A stretch of 63,231 nucleotides of DNA, counting the filler, from Reticulomyxa filosa (taxonomy: Eukaryota > Protista > Foraminifera), in assembly GCA_000512085.1 (NCBI GenBank). It is 22 parts of 22 records of this genome, joined end to end, with 100 filler letters (N's around TTAATTAATTAA, not from the genome) between each part and the next. Parts side by side here need not be neighbours in the genome. Positions count along the whole stretch, not along the records: positions 10,693 to 15,564 come from ASPP01011798.1; positions 15,665 to 17,094 come from ASPP01024129.1; positions 17,195 to 21,068 come from ASPP01002091.1; positions 21,169 to 27,764 come from ASPP01011926.1; 18 more parts are not named here. One strand, given 5' to 3'. Positions within the stretch are counted from its first letter, which is position 1. Every line of letters begins with the position of its first letter. The position numbers were made by a program, and so were the translations under genes. Positions 10,693 through 23,857 of the stretch are shown piece after piece. Below the pieces are notes generated by a model that saw nothing but the letters and a program-made list of their open reading frames with translations, was not told the DNA's origin and did not search any database.

Positions 10693-13144
10693 GTAGTAGC
10701 AGTCGTAGTAGCAGTCGTAGTAGCAGTAGTAGCAGCAGTAGTAGTGGCAGCAGCAATAGTAGAAGTAACAATCGCATTTGCATTAATGCGTTTGGCATTG
10801 ATAGGAAATTTTTCCAACACGTCTTTGATTTGACTTATGTCCGGATGGTATTTTTGTACCAAATCGGGCAGCTCCATCAACACGCTATTAACAGGCGTAT
10901 GCAATTTGGTTGGCAATTTATAATTAATAATTTTCTTCATTTGCAAAAGATCATGGACTCTGTTATCATCGGGCGTGTCCTCGGGACAATTGGGCGCATT
11001 CAGTCCATTCGTGCCATCCATTATCCCGCCCAAATTGGATAGCTCGGAAACAATTTCAGAAAATGTTGGCCGATATTCAGGCCGATTTTGCCAACACCGC
11101 TGAATCAGATACGCCAATGGCGCAGGCCACGAGTTGGGCACGCGAGGACGATAATTCTTATGCAGCACATGCAACGCCACGGATATCTTGGCCAAATCAG
11201 GATAGGGCTCAGAGCCAGCAAATACTTCCCACATTAAAATGCCAAAGCTGTAAGTGTCGGTCTTTGTGTTGTACGAGTTTATCAATATCGATTCGGGACT
11301 CATCCATTTGATCGGACCCACTTTGCTCTCTGTCACATTTCCTTTGTCGGCACCACCCTCGGCAATACGACTCAAGCCAAAGTCACAAACCACGGCTCGC
11401 ACACGCGAGCCTTTGTGCTCGTTCACTGGTATAAAGTCTAGCAGAATATTACGAGCGGCAATGTCTCGATGAATTATTTTCGCTTTGTGTAAATGTTGTA
11501 TGCCTTTTGCCTATTTATAAGCATATACAGACATAAATATATAGTTATATATGTATATATTTATATATGTATATATGTATATATGTATATATTTGTATGT
11601 GTAGTGTAAAAGAGACGCATAACTGCCTGACACATCATTCCAACAACTTCGCGAAAAGTAAAGTATAAGCGGATCGAGTCTCTGTGCGACAAAGACAGAG
11701 CGGCCTCCATAGACCCTCCATTGACATACTCGGTGACAATGCGATACGGATGTCGTGTGTACCCAAAGATCTTTAACACGTTTTCATTATTTCCCAACTT
11801 GGAGGCAATGTCTGCATGGACATAGGATGTGTGAATTGATGATATGATGATAAATAAGAAAAAAAAAAAAAAAAAAATAAGCATACGTATTTCTCTGGCA
11901 AAATCTTCAAAAGCCTTTTCATTGACTTCGTCGGTTCTCAGACACTTGACAGCAACGGGTTTTTGAATCCACGAGGCCTTGTGGACTTTGCCAAATTTTC
12001 CTCCTCCAATACATCTTTCGAAGACGATATCGTCAATATTGATTTCGGTGAGCGAGATTTCTTGAATGGGTTGAGCGTACTTGTTGGCAGGTGTGGATTG
12101 TGCCCTCAGTCGATCGAAACTTTGATGCGAAAGGGACTTGATAGTGCTATCATTGCCTCCGCTGCTGGTGGTGGGTATCTTGTCTCCGGGATGGATGGGC
12201 CCCCCACTGGAGGTGGTCGTGATGGTGGCAAGGATGTCTTTGCCACTGCTATTGGTGTGTATTTCGGAATCGCTGGTCATGGAAAAGGTGCTGGATGTGG
12301 GTAGCGACTTCGCGAAAACAGACTTGGTAGGACCGGCCTTGCTGTTCGCCATTGCTTGCAGTCTCTGTGTTTGCAGATCGCTGCCTATATACAACGGCAT
12401 GCCATTGACAGTGTAGAGCATTGGGTTCATCAACATTTGAACCACTCCGCTGCCTCCGCTATCCGTGGTAGTGGTGGTCACACCGTTGGGTCGTGGCTTG
12501 TTCGACAATTGACCATAAAACAATCCACTGCTCAGCTGCCAATCCACTGCTGTCGCGTCAAAGTGATACATGCTTTGCGCTGCGCTCTCTGCGGGTCTGC
12601 GGTCGCCTGGTCCAATGATTGTCACTGGCAACACAACATTGTCCGACGAGGTTGGTGGTGAGTTGCCCGTCTCCGTCGATCGACTTGACTTTGCTACTGT
12701 CTTATTGTTCTGATCAGGGTGGCTCGGATGATTCGGCGGATACACTAAACGATTCAACGATTTACCACTTTGCTCTTGATTCATTTTACTTGGCTGTATC
12801 TCCGGCTTCTTGCTCATTTGTTCCTCTCTTACTGTCTCTTGTCGTGTCTGTGCAGTCGTCGCTTGCTTCTTTTCTTTGTCTACACTCTCTGCACTCTCGT
12901 TATTAAGCCCGTGAGTTGCAAACTCTGCTTTTTGGCCCTTCACAAATCCCATCTTCTCATTATAATTCTCATTGCCTTCAAATGCTGTCTTCGTGTGGTC
13001 CTCAAGACGCTGACGATAGTCTTCGTTCGCGGCGCTTGCGTGACATTTGTTCACACAATAACCAACACAAAAACATAATAACACGCCCAGAAGACACGAT
13101 GCGACGCTTATCAATACAATTATTACAACATTGTAACCTGTCAT
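10693..13144 (-). CDS. Membrane-anchored tyrosine-kinase-type (TK/TKL) protein kinase, 3' end truncated
   Basis: N-terminal TM segment VVIIVLISVASCLLGVLLCFCVGYCV. Kinase motifs IGGGKFGKV, VAVK, HRDIAARN (about 11449-11472), DFG, GPIKWMSPE, DTYSFGILMWE and CW..RPTF. Introns near 11813-11887 and 11511-11623. Confidence 0.9.
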
Positions 13145-13502
13145 TGGTACGAGCTTTTGTATCAACCAAAATGCAAGGGAAAAACACTCAACTCTTTTTC
13201 ACGATATATTTATTTCTTTATTTTTCTTGTCAAATGTATATTTTTAAATGATATATGTTCTGAAAAATTGTGTATGTTCATATCTTAAAAATAAATGTCA
13301 AAAGAAGATGATATATAAAAAGGTAAATAAATTTGGAAGTTTATAAGTGGGATGTTTGTTGAAATAATGGTAAATGGTACAACAAAGGAGTAAAATTAAG
13401 CTGCCAACATATACAAGCTACATCCGACTATTTATGAAATGAAATGTAATTAAAAGATGGTCAAACAAAGAAGCAAAAAGAAAACAAATATTACTTCAAT
13501 AA

Positions 13503-15475
13503 TTAAAATTTTTCAATGTGCAAAAGGTTGGAAAAAGCAAATGGGTGAAAAGCTCTGCCATCTGCATAGAAAAACTTGTTTTGAAATTCCACCCAGTGCA
13601 ATCGCAAAGCATGCAAAAAGCATTCCAAAACGTCCATAATCAAGAGAACACCACAAGTGAATATCAAAAAACCAAATACACCGGCAACATTCATAAGAAC
13701 AGCAACAATTCCTGTGCCCTTCATAGTTGACCTCAAGGTTTTGTCGAGAAACACTTCCGATAATTCAGCATGTGCCAGACTTAGTGCCCAGAGACGCAAA
13801 TAGGAGGCCGTATTAGAAATAGTGCCAAGAACATATTCGATGGTATGTATCAATTGATGAATGACGATATCTCCAAAGGACTCCTCTTCTTCATGTTCAT
13901 GCTCGATTCCAATTTCACTTTGTTGTTCCATAGTTTTGCTTTCATGATGGTCAACATCTTTCGCTTTCGATAATGGTTGGAGGGAAGCGCCTTCAGAAAA
14001 TTCAGAATCTGTCAAAAGAGAATGTGTCGGTTCCTGCTCATTTCCTGCTACCGCATGACGCATTCGACGTCGCAGGATGCAAGGTTTAATACATAACATT
14101 GCTGGAATCGATATAACCAATGCCAGTAAGAAGCACACCTGGATTGTGGCCTGTAAATCTTTATCACCGAATATCTGGACATCGCTGCCAATAGATCCAG
14201 GACTTAAGAACATATTGATCAATACAGTGATGAGTGAGGGTGTGTCCGTTAAGGTTGAGGTGCTCCAATTGATACACCATTTGTAAAAAATCAAAAACAC
14301 CATGTATCCGAAAAAGCACACCATAAATACCAATTGCGGAACAAATTCAAAGAATACACTAACAAAATCTCTTTCCTGCAAATGATTGGATAATTTCAAG
14401 AATAGACCAAATGTCATTTGCAATACGCCAATGATAACAGACAATTTCATTTTCAAACTGTTCGAAAAGGTCAGTTGATTATCAACGCCACTCCAAGAGG
14501 GATCTATTCCAACAGCATATACGTTACGTTGCACCATCACAGTAATTCCATCTTCGGTTGATCCATGCTGCCATTGAGCGCTGTTCCATCCATTGATCAT
14601 GATTGACATACAATCGTTGTAAATGACGCCACAATACACGGAAAACATGCCCATAAACAGCAGGACATAGCGAGCAAAATACAACGAAGACACGAATTCG
14701 GAGCGAAATGCTTGTTCGCTCAACAATCGCTTTGCATTGACCAACAGTATTGCAAACAGCAGTAGACACGACCCATGGAAAATATCACCATACATCACTC
14801 CAAACAGAAAAGGAAATGTGACAATAGTTGGGATGGCCGGGTTGAATTCTTTGTAGCGAGGCACTCCGTACGTGTCCACAATCGACTGGAAGGCTGCCGT
14901 AAATTCGGTCTGCTCAAAATAAGTGGGTGGTATTCCTTTGAGCGGGCAATCAGTCATCACCGGATTTGTCACACCTTTGCCGTGGACAACGTTTTCCATA
15001 ATATCGCGAATATGACTCTTATGAACAGTTGCGCACCATCCCTCTGCAATTGCAACATTGTTTCTTGATTTTATTCGAAACTTGTTCAAAGTCATTCGAA
15101 TGCCTTTCTCTTGCAACAATGTTATCTTCCATTCTTGCACTCGCCTCGCGACCGAACGCATTTGACGAAACAACAACCTCCTTGTTGCTATGTATGTCTC
15201 TTGCGTTTCTGTCTTTTGTCCCATTACTTGCTGCAGCAGTAGTTCTCGTGACGTTTCGCTGTCTGATTCGTAACACACGTAAATATTCATATATTGGCAT
15301 AGTCGTCGCAATGACTTTTGCAACTGATTGCCCAAAAAGAACACCGCAAACACCATTCTGTCATTTACCGTTTCTCCAAATTGCACCAATGAGTTACCAC
15401 GGGATGTCAAAAATACTTGTCTTTCAAATGAAACCCTTTGCACCACTGTCACTACGCCAGCAATATACTTGAATC
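13503..15475 (-). CDS. ATP6V0A: V-type H+-ATPase V0 subunit a, 5' truncated
   Basis: PPTYF, IVDTYGVPRYKEFNP, TFPFLFGVMYGDIFHG, NSLKMKLSVIIG, SNTASYLRLWALSLAH (essential Arg) and LHALRLHWVEFQNKFF. Confidence 0.96.
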
Positions 15476-16296
15476 CTACGTCGTCTCTTCGATTTTCTTG
15501 AACTTTTTTCCGCCCCCCAAAACATATGTGTTGGTCATTTGTTACGTGCTTTTTTTTTTTTTTTNNNNNNNNNNNNNNNNNNNNNNNNNNNNNNNNNNNN
15601 NNNNNNNNTTAATTAATTAANNNNNNNNNNNNNNNNNNNNNNNNNNNNNNNNNNNNNNNNNNNNCAAATGATCTTTCATTTCACTTATTTTTCCTTTATA
15701 ATTGCATTTATTTTCGTGTTCTTTCCTTCTGTTTTGACTAGTGATTTCAATATTCTTAGAAGGAAGAAGTACATCAAGCAGGATAGATGATAATTGAATC
15801 TCCAGGATAAAAAAGGGTTGATGATTTTAAAGGGAATTTTTGTCATTTAAGAAAAAAAAAAGGTCAACTGAATTGTTTGCAACTTGATTGAAAATCAAAC
15901 TAATAAAATACTAATTTTTTATAATGTGTTCAATTGCAATATCCAATTTCAGTCAAAGCATTGTTGATCAAAAAGAACTGGAGTTACTTTAGTTCCAACA
16001 AATCTTTGGTTTTCATTCTATGTTTTTTGTCTTTTGCTTTGGTTTGTTTGTTTCGTTGAAGGTAATTAGTTCATTGTGTCATGATAAATTTTTCAGTGTT
16101 GTCTTTTTAAAAAAATATAATTTATTGTTCTTAATATAATTAGAAAAAGTTATAATTTTTCTCCATTAAGAAAAAACACAGATATTGCAAAAATCTATTT
16201 TTGAAATCCCTTCATTGAACTTGGAAAAAAAAGTTAAACTTTTACATTTTACATCATTGAAGACTAGACAAACAAAAAAACAAAAGTAGTTGCAAA

Positions 16297-17094
16297 ATGA
16301 CAGATCTTATCAATCATGAACAAACTTTAACTAAACTAGTAGTAGTAAGTTTTATTACAAATTTCTAAAAAGTTGATTGCCTTCAAGTTTTTATTGCATT
16401 TATTGTGTGGACTTGTGATGATATTAGCCAGAGAAAAACGAAATCCAAATCATTATTCAGCATTGGATTCGAATACTACAAATTAAATTTGGATGGATAC
16501 ATGATTTCGATGAACTTGTTGTCAATTATGTTACGTTTTTTTTATTTCTTTATCTTTCATTTAATTATAACAAAAATAAATAAAAATATTTGTTATTTTT
16601 TATCATCGTTGTTAAGACTCATTCTTTATTTTTGACACATTTCGTTCATAATCCAAATTAATCAATGCATTCACTGGACATACAAACAGGGTTTGGAGTA
16701 TTGATTATTCAATATTTGATGATTGTCAATTCATTTGTTCTGGATCAGATGATAACACTGTTCGTGTATGGGACGTTGATAGCAACAAACAAATTCAATC
16801 ATTCAATCGATATTCCGATAGTGTGTACTGTGTGAAATTTTCATCATATCATTATCATAATCATCATCAAAATGTCATTTGTTTTTCATCATGTGACAAA
16901 ATCATTCGTTTTTGGGATTTCAAACATAATAAAGAGCTACAAATATTCAATGAACACGCAGAAGGTGTTTATAGAATTGAATTTTCACAATTTAATGGTG
17001 GTAGATATTTGTGTTCTGGATCATTTGACAAAACAATTCGTTTATGGGATGTTGAAACATCAAAATCATTACATATTTTCAATGGACATAAAAA
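16297..17094 (+). pseudogene. WD40-repeat gene of the expanded family, with an in-frame stop; 3' truncated
   Basis: Module exon at 16428-16529, then FDTFRS*SKLINAFTGHTNRVWSIDYS with TAA at 16649-16651, followed by GH...SGSxDxTxRxWD repeats. Confidence 0.8.
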
Positions 17095-17265
17095 NNNNNN
17101 NNNNNNNNNNNNNNNNNNNNNNNNNNNNNNNNNNNNNNTTAATTAATTAANNNNNNNNNNNNNNNNNNNNNNNNNNNNNNNNNNNNNNNNNNNNCCCCCC
17201 CCCCCCCCTTTTCCCCTTTTTAAAAAAAAAAAAAAAAATCGTATACGTGTCATTTGATTTATTAA

Positions 17266-17774
17266 CCTTGTGGTGTCCATGGAGAAAAGGTTCGAACTAA
17301 TGGACGAAGTCTTTGCTTTCTTCTTGCCACGGATTCTCTTCGATCTTTTATTGTTATGTCTTCGTCTTCTCCTTCGTCGTTGGGTTCAATGTTATCTTCT
17401 TCTCCTTCTTCTTCCTCTTCCTCTTCTTCTTCTTCTCCTTCTTCGTTCCCGTTGTCGTCGTTTTCTTCCTGTCCTTCCTTGGCTTGTCGTCGAGGAGAAC
17501 CAGATCGCTTCAAAGCCTGCGTCGACTTGGACGCATTCTTGTGCGTCTTGCTTGCGTGCACTTGCACGTATTGGTAACTCTCCGGTGTTCCGAATGCCTG
17601 GATCATCTCTTTGCGCTGCGCGCGATGTCCTGATCTTCCTCCCTTTTCCACCGGCACTGACGGGGGACTTAATGACATGTTATGCACACGCTTCCATGGC
17701 ACTTCGAGCGCATGTGTTGATTCATAATCAGGCACCCCTTTCCCTCCGTGTGGTTGAAGATGTGCCTTATCCAT
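17266..17774 (-). CDS. Hypothetical protein, first exon, with a poly-Glu/Asp tract
   Basis: Open, GC-elevated frame ending at a GT donor (TPQ|GTTAAT). No recognisable domain. Confidence 0.5.
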
Positions 17775-20700
17775 TTCGCTTGCATTTGGGGTTTTTTTGC
17801 ACCCACGTGCAAAGGAAAAACACTTGCTTGTTAGTACTATTCCAAAAAATTTTGATTTGTGAAATGGCAAATTCGAGACGGTTGTTTGATCATTTTCTCG
17901 GATCATAGCAAAAATTGTCAATTTTGTTATGTAATTTATTGAATGGCTCATTGATTATTATCATTTGGGTTGATGCTGTTCAATTTGAGAGACTTTTCAA
18001 GATAATACGTCCAACGACAAACATTACTGGAATTTTCTTCGGTCCAAACTTGTTGGCACATATTCAATTATAAACATTTAATAAAAATTAAAAAAAGGAT
18101 ATTAATTCGGCAGTGGATGGAATCGAAATACTTTCTCGCAGACAGGTGTGTGGCTGTTGCAAGTTGCATTTCATGGCAAGATAACGGAGAAATGATATTT
18201 GACATTTTTACATTTGTGTTACTTGCCCATGCACAATCGATAATAGTTAAAGTGATTATTATATGTGTTGTAACTTTACTTGAAAATTTTTGGTATATCT
18301 TTATTGTTTTCCTTGGATCACTGTGGGATAACTGAAACATAACTGATATAAACGTTGATTTAGCGACTTAGTCGTTAAATTACAAAACATTTTGGCTCTA
18401 ATTTCACTAATGATGCACTTGTATCAATTATTTCAGCATAAACTCTTTTTACACATTTTTGCTTACTTTTTAACTTTATATTGTTTTCATTGGATCACTA
18501 CTAATTAATTGATAATTGATTGTCATGTTGATATAGTGCGTTATTTAAAGATGTCTTTAATTTTAAAGTTAAAAAATACTTAAGAATGAAATGGTTTACC
18601 AATTGTTGTCCTAGTGATTTGTGGTATTATTTTATTGATTGTAGTTGTTTTATGTTTTTTTACAAATGAATTTCACAATTGGAAAAAACCAGTAAATAAA
18701 TAAAAAAAATTTATGTCAAAGGAATCCAAAATGTCAATTTTTGTTCTTTTTGTATACACATATCTTGGATTGCTTTTTGGAAAAAGTGAATTCTTTTGTT
18801 TTGTTTTGTTTATTTTTTGGTTTAAAAATTTATAGATTGGCTTTAAATGTGAAACTACCAATACTATTCACATAATCCTAATTTAATGTGCAATATTCGG
18901 ATCCTCATTTGATTGTATACTTATCTTCAAAAACAGAAAAAAGAAAATTGAGATATACAAAAAACAAAGATATTTGAGTATGCACGATAAAATATCATTC
19001 CTTTTTCAGAATCTACAGCAAATTGAAAATTTTCTTCAAAAAACCTTTATACGAAGATGATTTGATATTTCCCGAAAATAAAAAAAATGAGGGATTCTCT
19101 ATCTTTTTTTAAATCAGACATAGTTTTTTTTGAAAAATTGAAAATGTTTAAGGCTATTGAAATTACACAAATTGATTTTTGCGCAATTCATTTAAGAGAT
19201 TTGATAGTCTGTTTGTTTGTAAAAATGAAATTATGTCATATATTCATTGCGTAATATATTTATCATTTTATCTGACAATGGTTACACCTAAAAACAGTCA
19301 TGTAGAATATCCTTCAGGAAAAAAAACATAGTTGGTAGATGCAATCTTTGGAAAGATTTAATTTCTATGTATTAAATCTATAAATAAAACTTTTCAATAT
19401 ACCTTGAATGTTATTGTAAATACAAACAAATCAAAAATTAGTTTCTTTCACACGTTTTGGCTGCAAAGAAAAGTAAGAAACATAGCAGAACATTTTCTTT
19501 AATGAATTACATTTTAAAGGAAAAACGCTACTGAGAGGCTGATGATTATGAAAAGTGAAAATACACTGAATTTTTGGAAATTATTGGGACAATGTGCATT
19601 AAAATGTTAATATTTTGTACTTTTGATAGATTTGATGAATAATGGAAAATTATTCATTTTATTTTCTTTTATTGATGTCTATATTGCTGTGTTTGTTATT
19701 ATCTACCAAAGTCCAGCTATTAAATTCGAAAGATAGTTGAATAATAAAATATTAGCTTTGTATTATATAATGCAATTTTTCATGTTTGGGAAAATACAAA
19801 TCGACTGATTTGCTCTTTATTTAGCACACAACAAAAGCTAAGCTTACGAAATATTAAATGTTTATGTTTATGTTAAAACAATAACAAAAAAGAAAGAATA
19901 GTCTTGAGTCATTTAATATTTCCTCCTTTCATTTCAATCTCATTACCATTTATACCCTTTTTCAAATTCTTGCTTTTCCATAGATACTAATATAGAGCAG
20001 TTAACAAAAAGTCGCAGTGTTGTAAGTGTCAGAGGTTACCAAACGGTTTATTACATCCTTTCAAAGGCAATGTGAGCTGTGAAGTTCTTGCAAATACAAA
20101 ATGTGAGACGTTTATGGACTTGTAGTTTCAAGACATGAAAAAGAGGACGTTACATCAAAACGGATACAAATTTATCTTTAAAACTTGTAGTTTTTTTTTG
20201 TGAGAGAGAAAATCTGTCTCAAAACAAATTACTGTCTTCATTAGCCAACTGATTTGCTTTTTATTTGGCTAAGCTCATTTGTGTTTATATAAAAAAAAAG
20301 AAAAATGCTTCCGATCATTCAATGAAATAATTTTGACAACTATCAACATGTTTATTTAAATTAAAAAAATTGAGTGTGCTGTGTTAAATGAATTTTGTAT
20401 TTTATTATGTCAAAAATTAAATTGATTTGCTTAACATATATCTAAATTATTGATCCGTCCTAATCTTATCAAACCCAATTTTGAATAATTATTTGATAGA
20501 AAAAGTGTATGTAATTGGAATACTTATATAAAATTTTCATTTCTTTAAATGCTTTAGACTAAGTTCAATATTATATTGTCAAATAACTTAACATTTTCAG
20601 AAATCGTTTCATCAAAGTCATAAATTCGTCCTCTTTTAATAATAACCTTATATTGTTGATGTCTCATCCGCAATTATTCAATATTGATTTCAATAAAGTT

Positions 20701-21205
20701 TTATAAGATCACAAAAATACAATCTAATGCTTTTCAATCCTTTAAAAAACATTGAACGCAATTTTTTCAACTTTTTTAAACAGCAAAGTAAGATAGAACA
20801 ATGTTCAATATTTGCATTCAATCAAATCAAACAAGTTTAATATCATCTTAATTCTCTTTTAATCAAACTTTTCAAACAAAAACATCTTCACTTCTTGTTC
20901 AACAAAAAGTTAATTATCTCCAAATATGAATGTGACCTTTGTACGAGCTATAACACAAATTTAAATCATATATGATATTCTTTCTATCCTTTTTCTTTTT
21001 TAATACAATAAATTTATGACAAAATATTCCATAATCTTCTTTATCATCTCCTTTGATCATATACAATTNNNNNNNNNNNNNNNNNNNNNNNNNNNNNNNN
21101 NNNNNNNNNNNNTTAATTAATTAANNNNNNNNNNNNNNNNNNNNNNNNNNNNNNNNNNNNNNNNNNNNAAAAAAAAAAAAGAAAAAAGGAGCAAAAATGA
21201 AAACA

Positions 21206-22582
21206 TCAATTCTTTGGAAAGAAAGAGCGGCGAAATTGAGGAGTATTTGCGATTTGTTCATTTAATTTAAAAATTTGGCGATCTCTCCTTAACAACTCAA
21301 TGGTTAAATCTTTAGCTTGTTCTTTTTCTTTTTGCAAAAGAGTTTGTAGTTTTTGATTTTGTTGTTCCAATATCTGTATTTGTTCTGTCAATACAGATAT
21401 CTGTTGCAACTGATTGTCTTTTTCCTTGATAATCTTTACTAATTGTTTGATCTTTCCTTGCTCTTCTATCAGCATGTCTTCCAGCTATGCCATTGGTACA
21501 TTTTTTTTTAATAATTAAAAAAGAGTATATATTATATATATATATATATATGTACATATATGGAGTTATATACATACGTATACACATAAATATACATATA
21601 CATATATATATATATATATTTGTATATGAAAAGGAAAAGATATCTCATTAACATGTTTAATTTGCAACTGGTGTGCCTCTTTCTCGACGTTGGAATAAAA
21701 ATCATGTAAAAGATTGTTATCAGTGAATACAGGTAGATGTTCGTCGTTGGATCGATTGTTGGTATCATGGATAGAATGATCGGCTCCATTCGATTGGACG
21801 TGTGTATCCACTCTCTTTTTTTCAGCGACTTGTGCATTTGCGAGTTCATTTGGCTTCACTTTGACAAGGGCTTTTATTTGATTGTCATTGTTCTCGCTTG
21901 TTTTGGAGGCAGTTTTTTCTGGTATTGTATTGTCCTCAATTGTAGTGACTCGGTTTTCTTTTACCTCCGGATAGGCGGACTTCGAGTAGGGGACCAACTC
22001 TTTTGTTTCGACGTGTTGGCTCGGACATCGATTTGAAGCTGTGGATGTGGAGATGCACCTCAATACAGTCAATGTGTCCTCACTCTGATTTTTAACTGCC
22101 TCCATATCTTTCTTCTCCACACTCGGTTGTGAGGCTCTTGGCTGCATTTTCTTCATTTTTTTGGATGGAGGAATCGAAACGCTATCATCAACCAAGTTAT
22201 TCCTTTTTTTTTTTTTTTTTTTGGTTTGCTTGCTTTTTATTGCTAATGTATTTTACTTGTTCTTCAAACTTTTGCATATATTCATATATATATATATATA
22301 TATGCATATATATGCTCTCTCCTTTGTGATTACATTGATGAATGTACCGCTGTTGGATCGGTAAGGAACAGTCGACAAAGGATATCCGTTCTCAATCTTG
22401 AAATCGATGATTGCTTGTCGAATCACTTCCTTGTGCGCCTTCAAACTGCAGTGCCATTTTTGCTCCACTAACTCGCGAAATTTTCTTCTGGTCAGAGTTG
22501 GCAATAGCGAAACATCAAAGCATGATATCTCCATAAACAAACGCCTCTTAAGTTCCTCCGGAGGAAGCGCTTCTGTTGTCAT
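21206..22582 (-). CDS. DEK_C-domain protein with C-terminal coiled coil (3 exons)
   Basis: N-terminus EELKRRLFMEISCFDVSLLPTLTRRKFRELVEQKWHCSLKAHKEVIRQAIIDF fits the DEK C-terminal domain pattern. The last exon is a heptad-rich coiled coil. Confidence 0.6.
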
Positions 22583-22969
22583 CTATGTATGTCCGTGGAT
22601 CTTATTATTCCAATTAAAAAAAACTCAATTTTTTTTTGTTGGGAAAGGTACCTATCTTTTCATATTGTCTTTATTTCCTCTTAACAATTTCCAGATTAAG
22701 GCGTCTCATCTAGTAACTCTTTTTTGACTGCTTTTCGTGAACCTTTTGGCTGTTTGTCCTTTGGTTTCTGATTTATCACTTTTTAACTACAGTGCACCAC
22801 TTCTGCGCAAAACTCGTCTGGGGAATATTAGTGAAAAAGTTTCAGGACACAGTTAAACCAAGAAACTCTTGTGAAATGCTGCCCTTTCTATTCGCGGAAC
22901 AAAACCCGCCCGAGCCAAAAAGGTATAATAAACGCACGTGTACAAACTTGCGTTTTTCTCGGCGCAAAA

Positions 22970-23403
22970 ATGAAGTACACAACCGGCGACAATAGTGAAG
23001 AGGACCAAAAGACCACAGAACCAGCAATAGAAGAAAGCGAAGTGAAACAAGGGGACAAGTTGAAATGATTATATACATATGCATATGTATTCAAAAAAAA
23101 AAAAAAAAAAAAAGGTGGTAAACACACCACAATGTAATATATGTGTACTTATATGCACGTGTGTGTGTGTGTGGTCATAAAACAAAAAAGCGAGCAAGAA
23201 GTAGCAAAAGACAATGAAAAAGAGGAACAAAAGTATGTAGTTGTTGAGAGGAGAGAGATACAAATATATTCAAGAGTCTTTAGAAACTTGTAAAGGCATG
23301 GGCAATTGAATTTTAAAAAAAAAAAAATATATATATATGTATACGTACATATATAATACAAATATATTCCAACTAGTGCGTGTGTGTATACGTCGGGGAA
23401 TTT

Positions 23404-23436
<33 letters not shown>

Positions 23437-23795
23437 GTGAAATGGAATGGCTTGAGAAGCAGCTATTGGTACATGTAAAAGAGATAAAAAATGCATCAGC
23501 AGAATGGATAGAAGCCCACAAAAGGGGCAAAATCCAGTGCAAAGTGATATTGATCGAGCGAATTCAAGAAAGGAAAGCAAGGTCATTCTACAATGTGTTG
23601 GAGAGAAAAGAGACGTCGGAGACATTGACAATTACAACACTGAACATAACAAGTTCAATTCGTCTGAAAACCATGAAACATCTGTACGAAATCCAATTGC
23701 AATTTCTTTACAAAGATAGCACCACCGGAGTTTTCGAATGGATTGGTCAATGTCAACTAATGGTAGATACAATTAAACAATTTTGGCGACAATCA

Positions 23796-23857
<62 letters not shown>

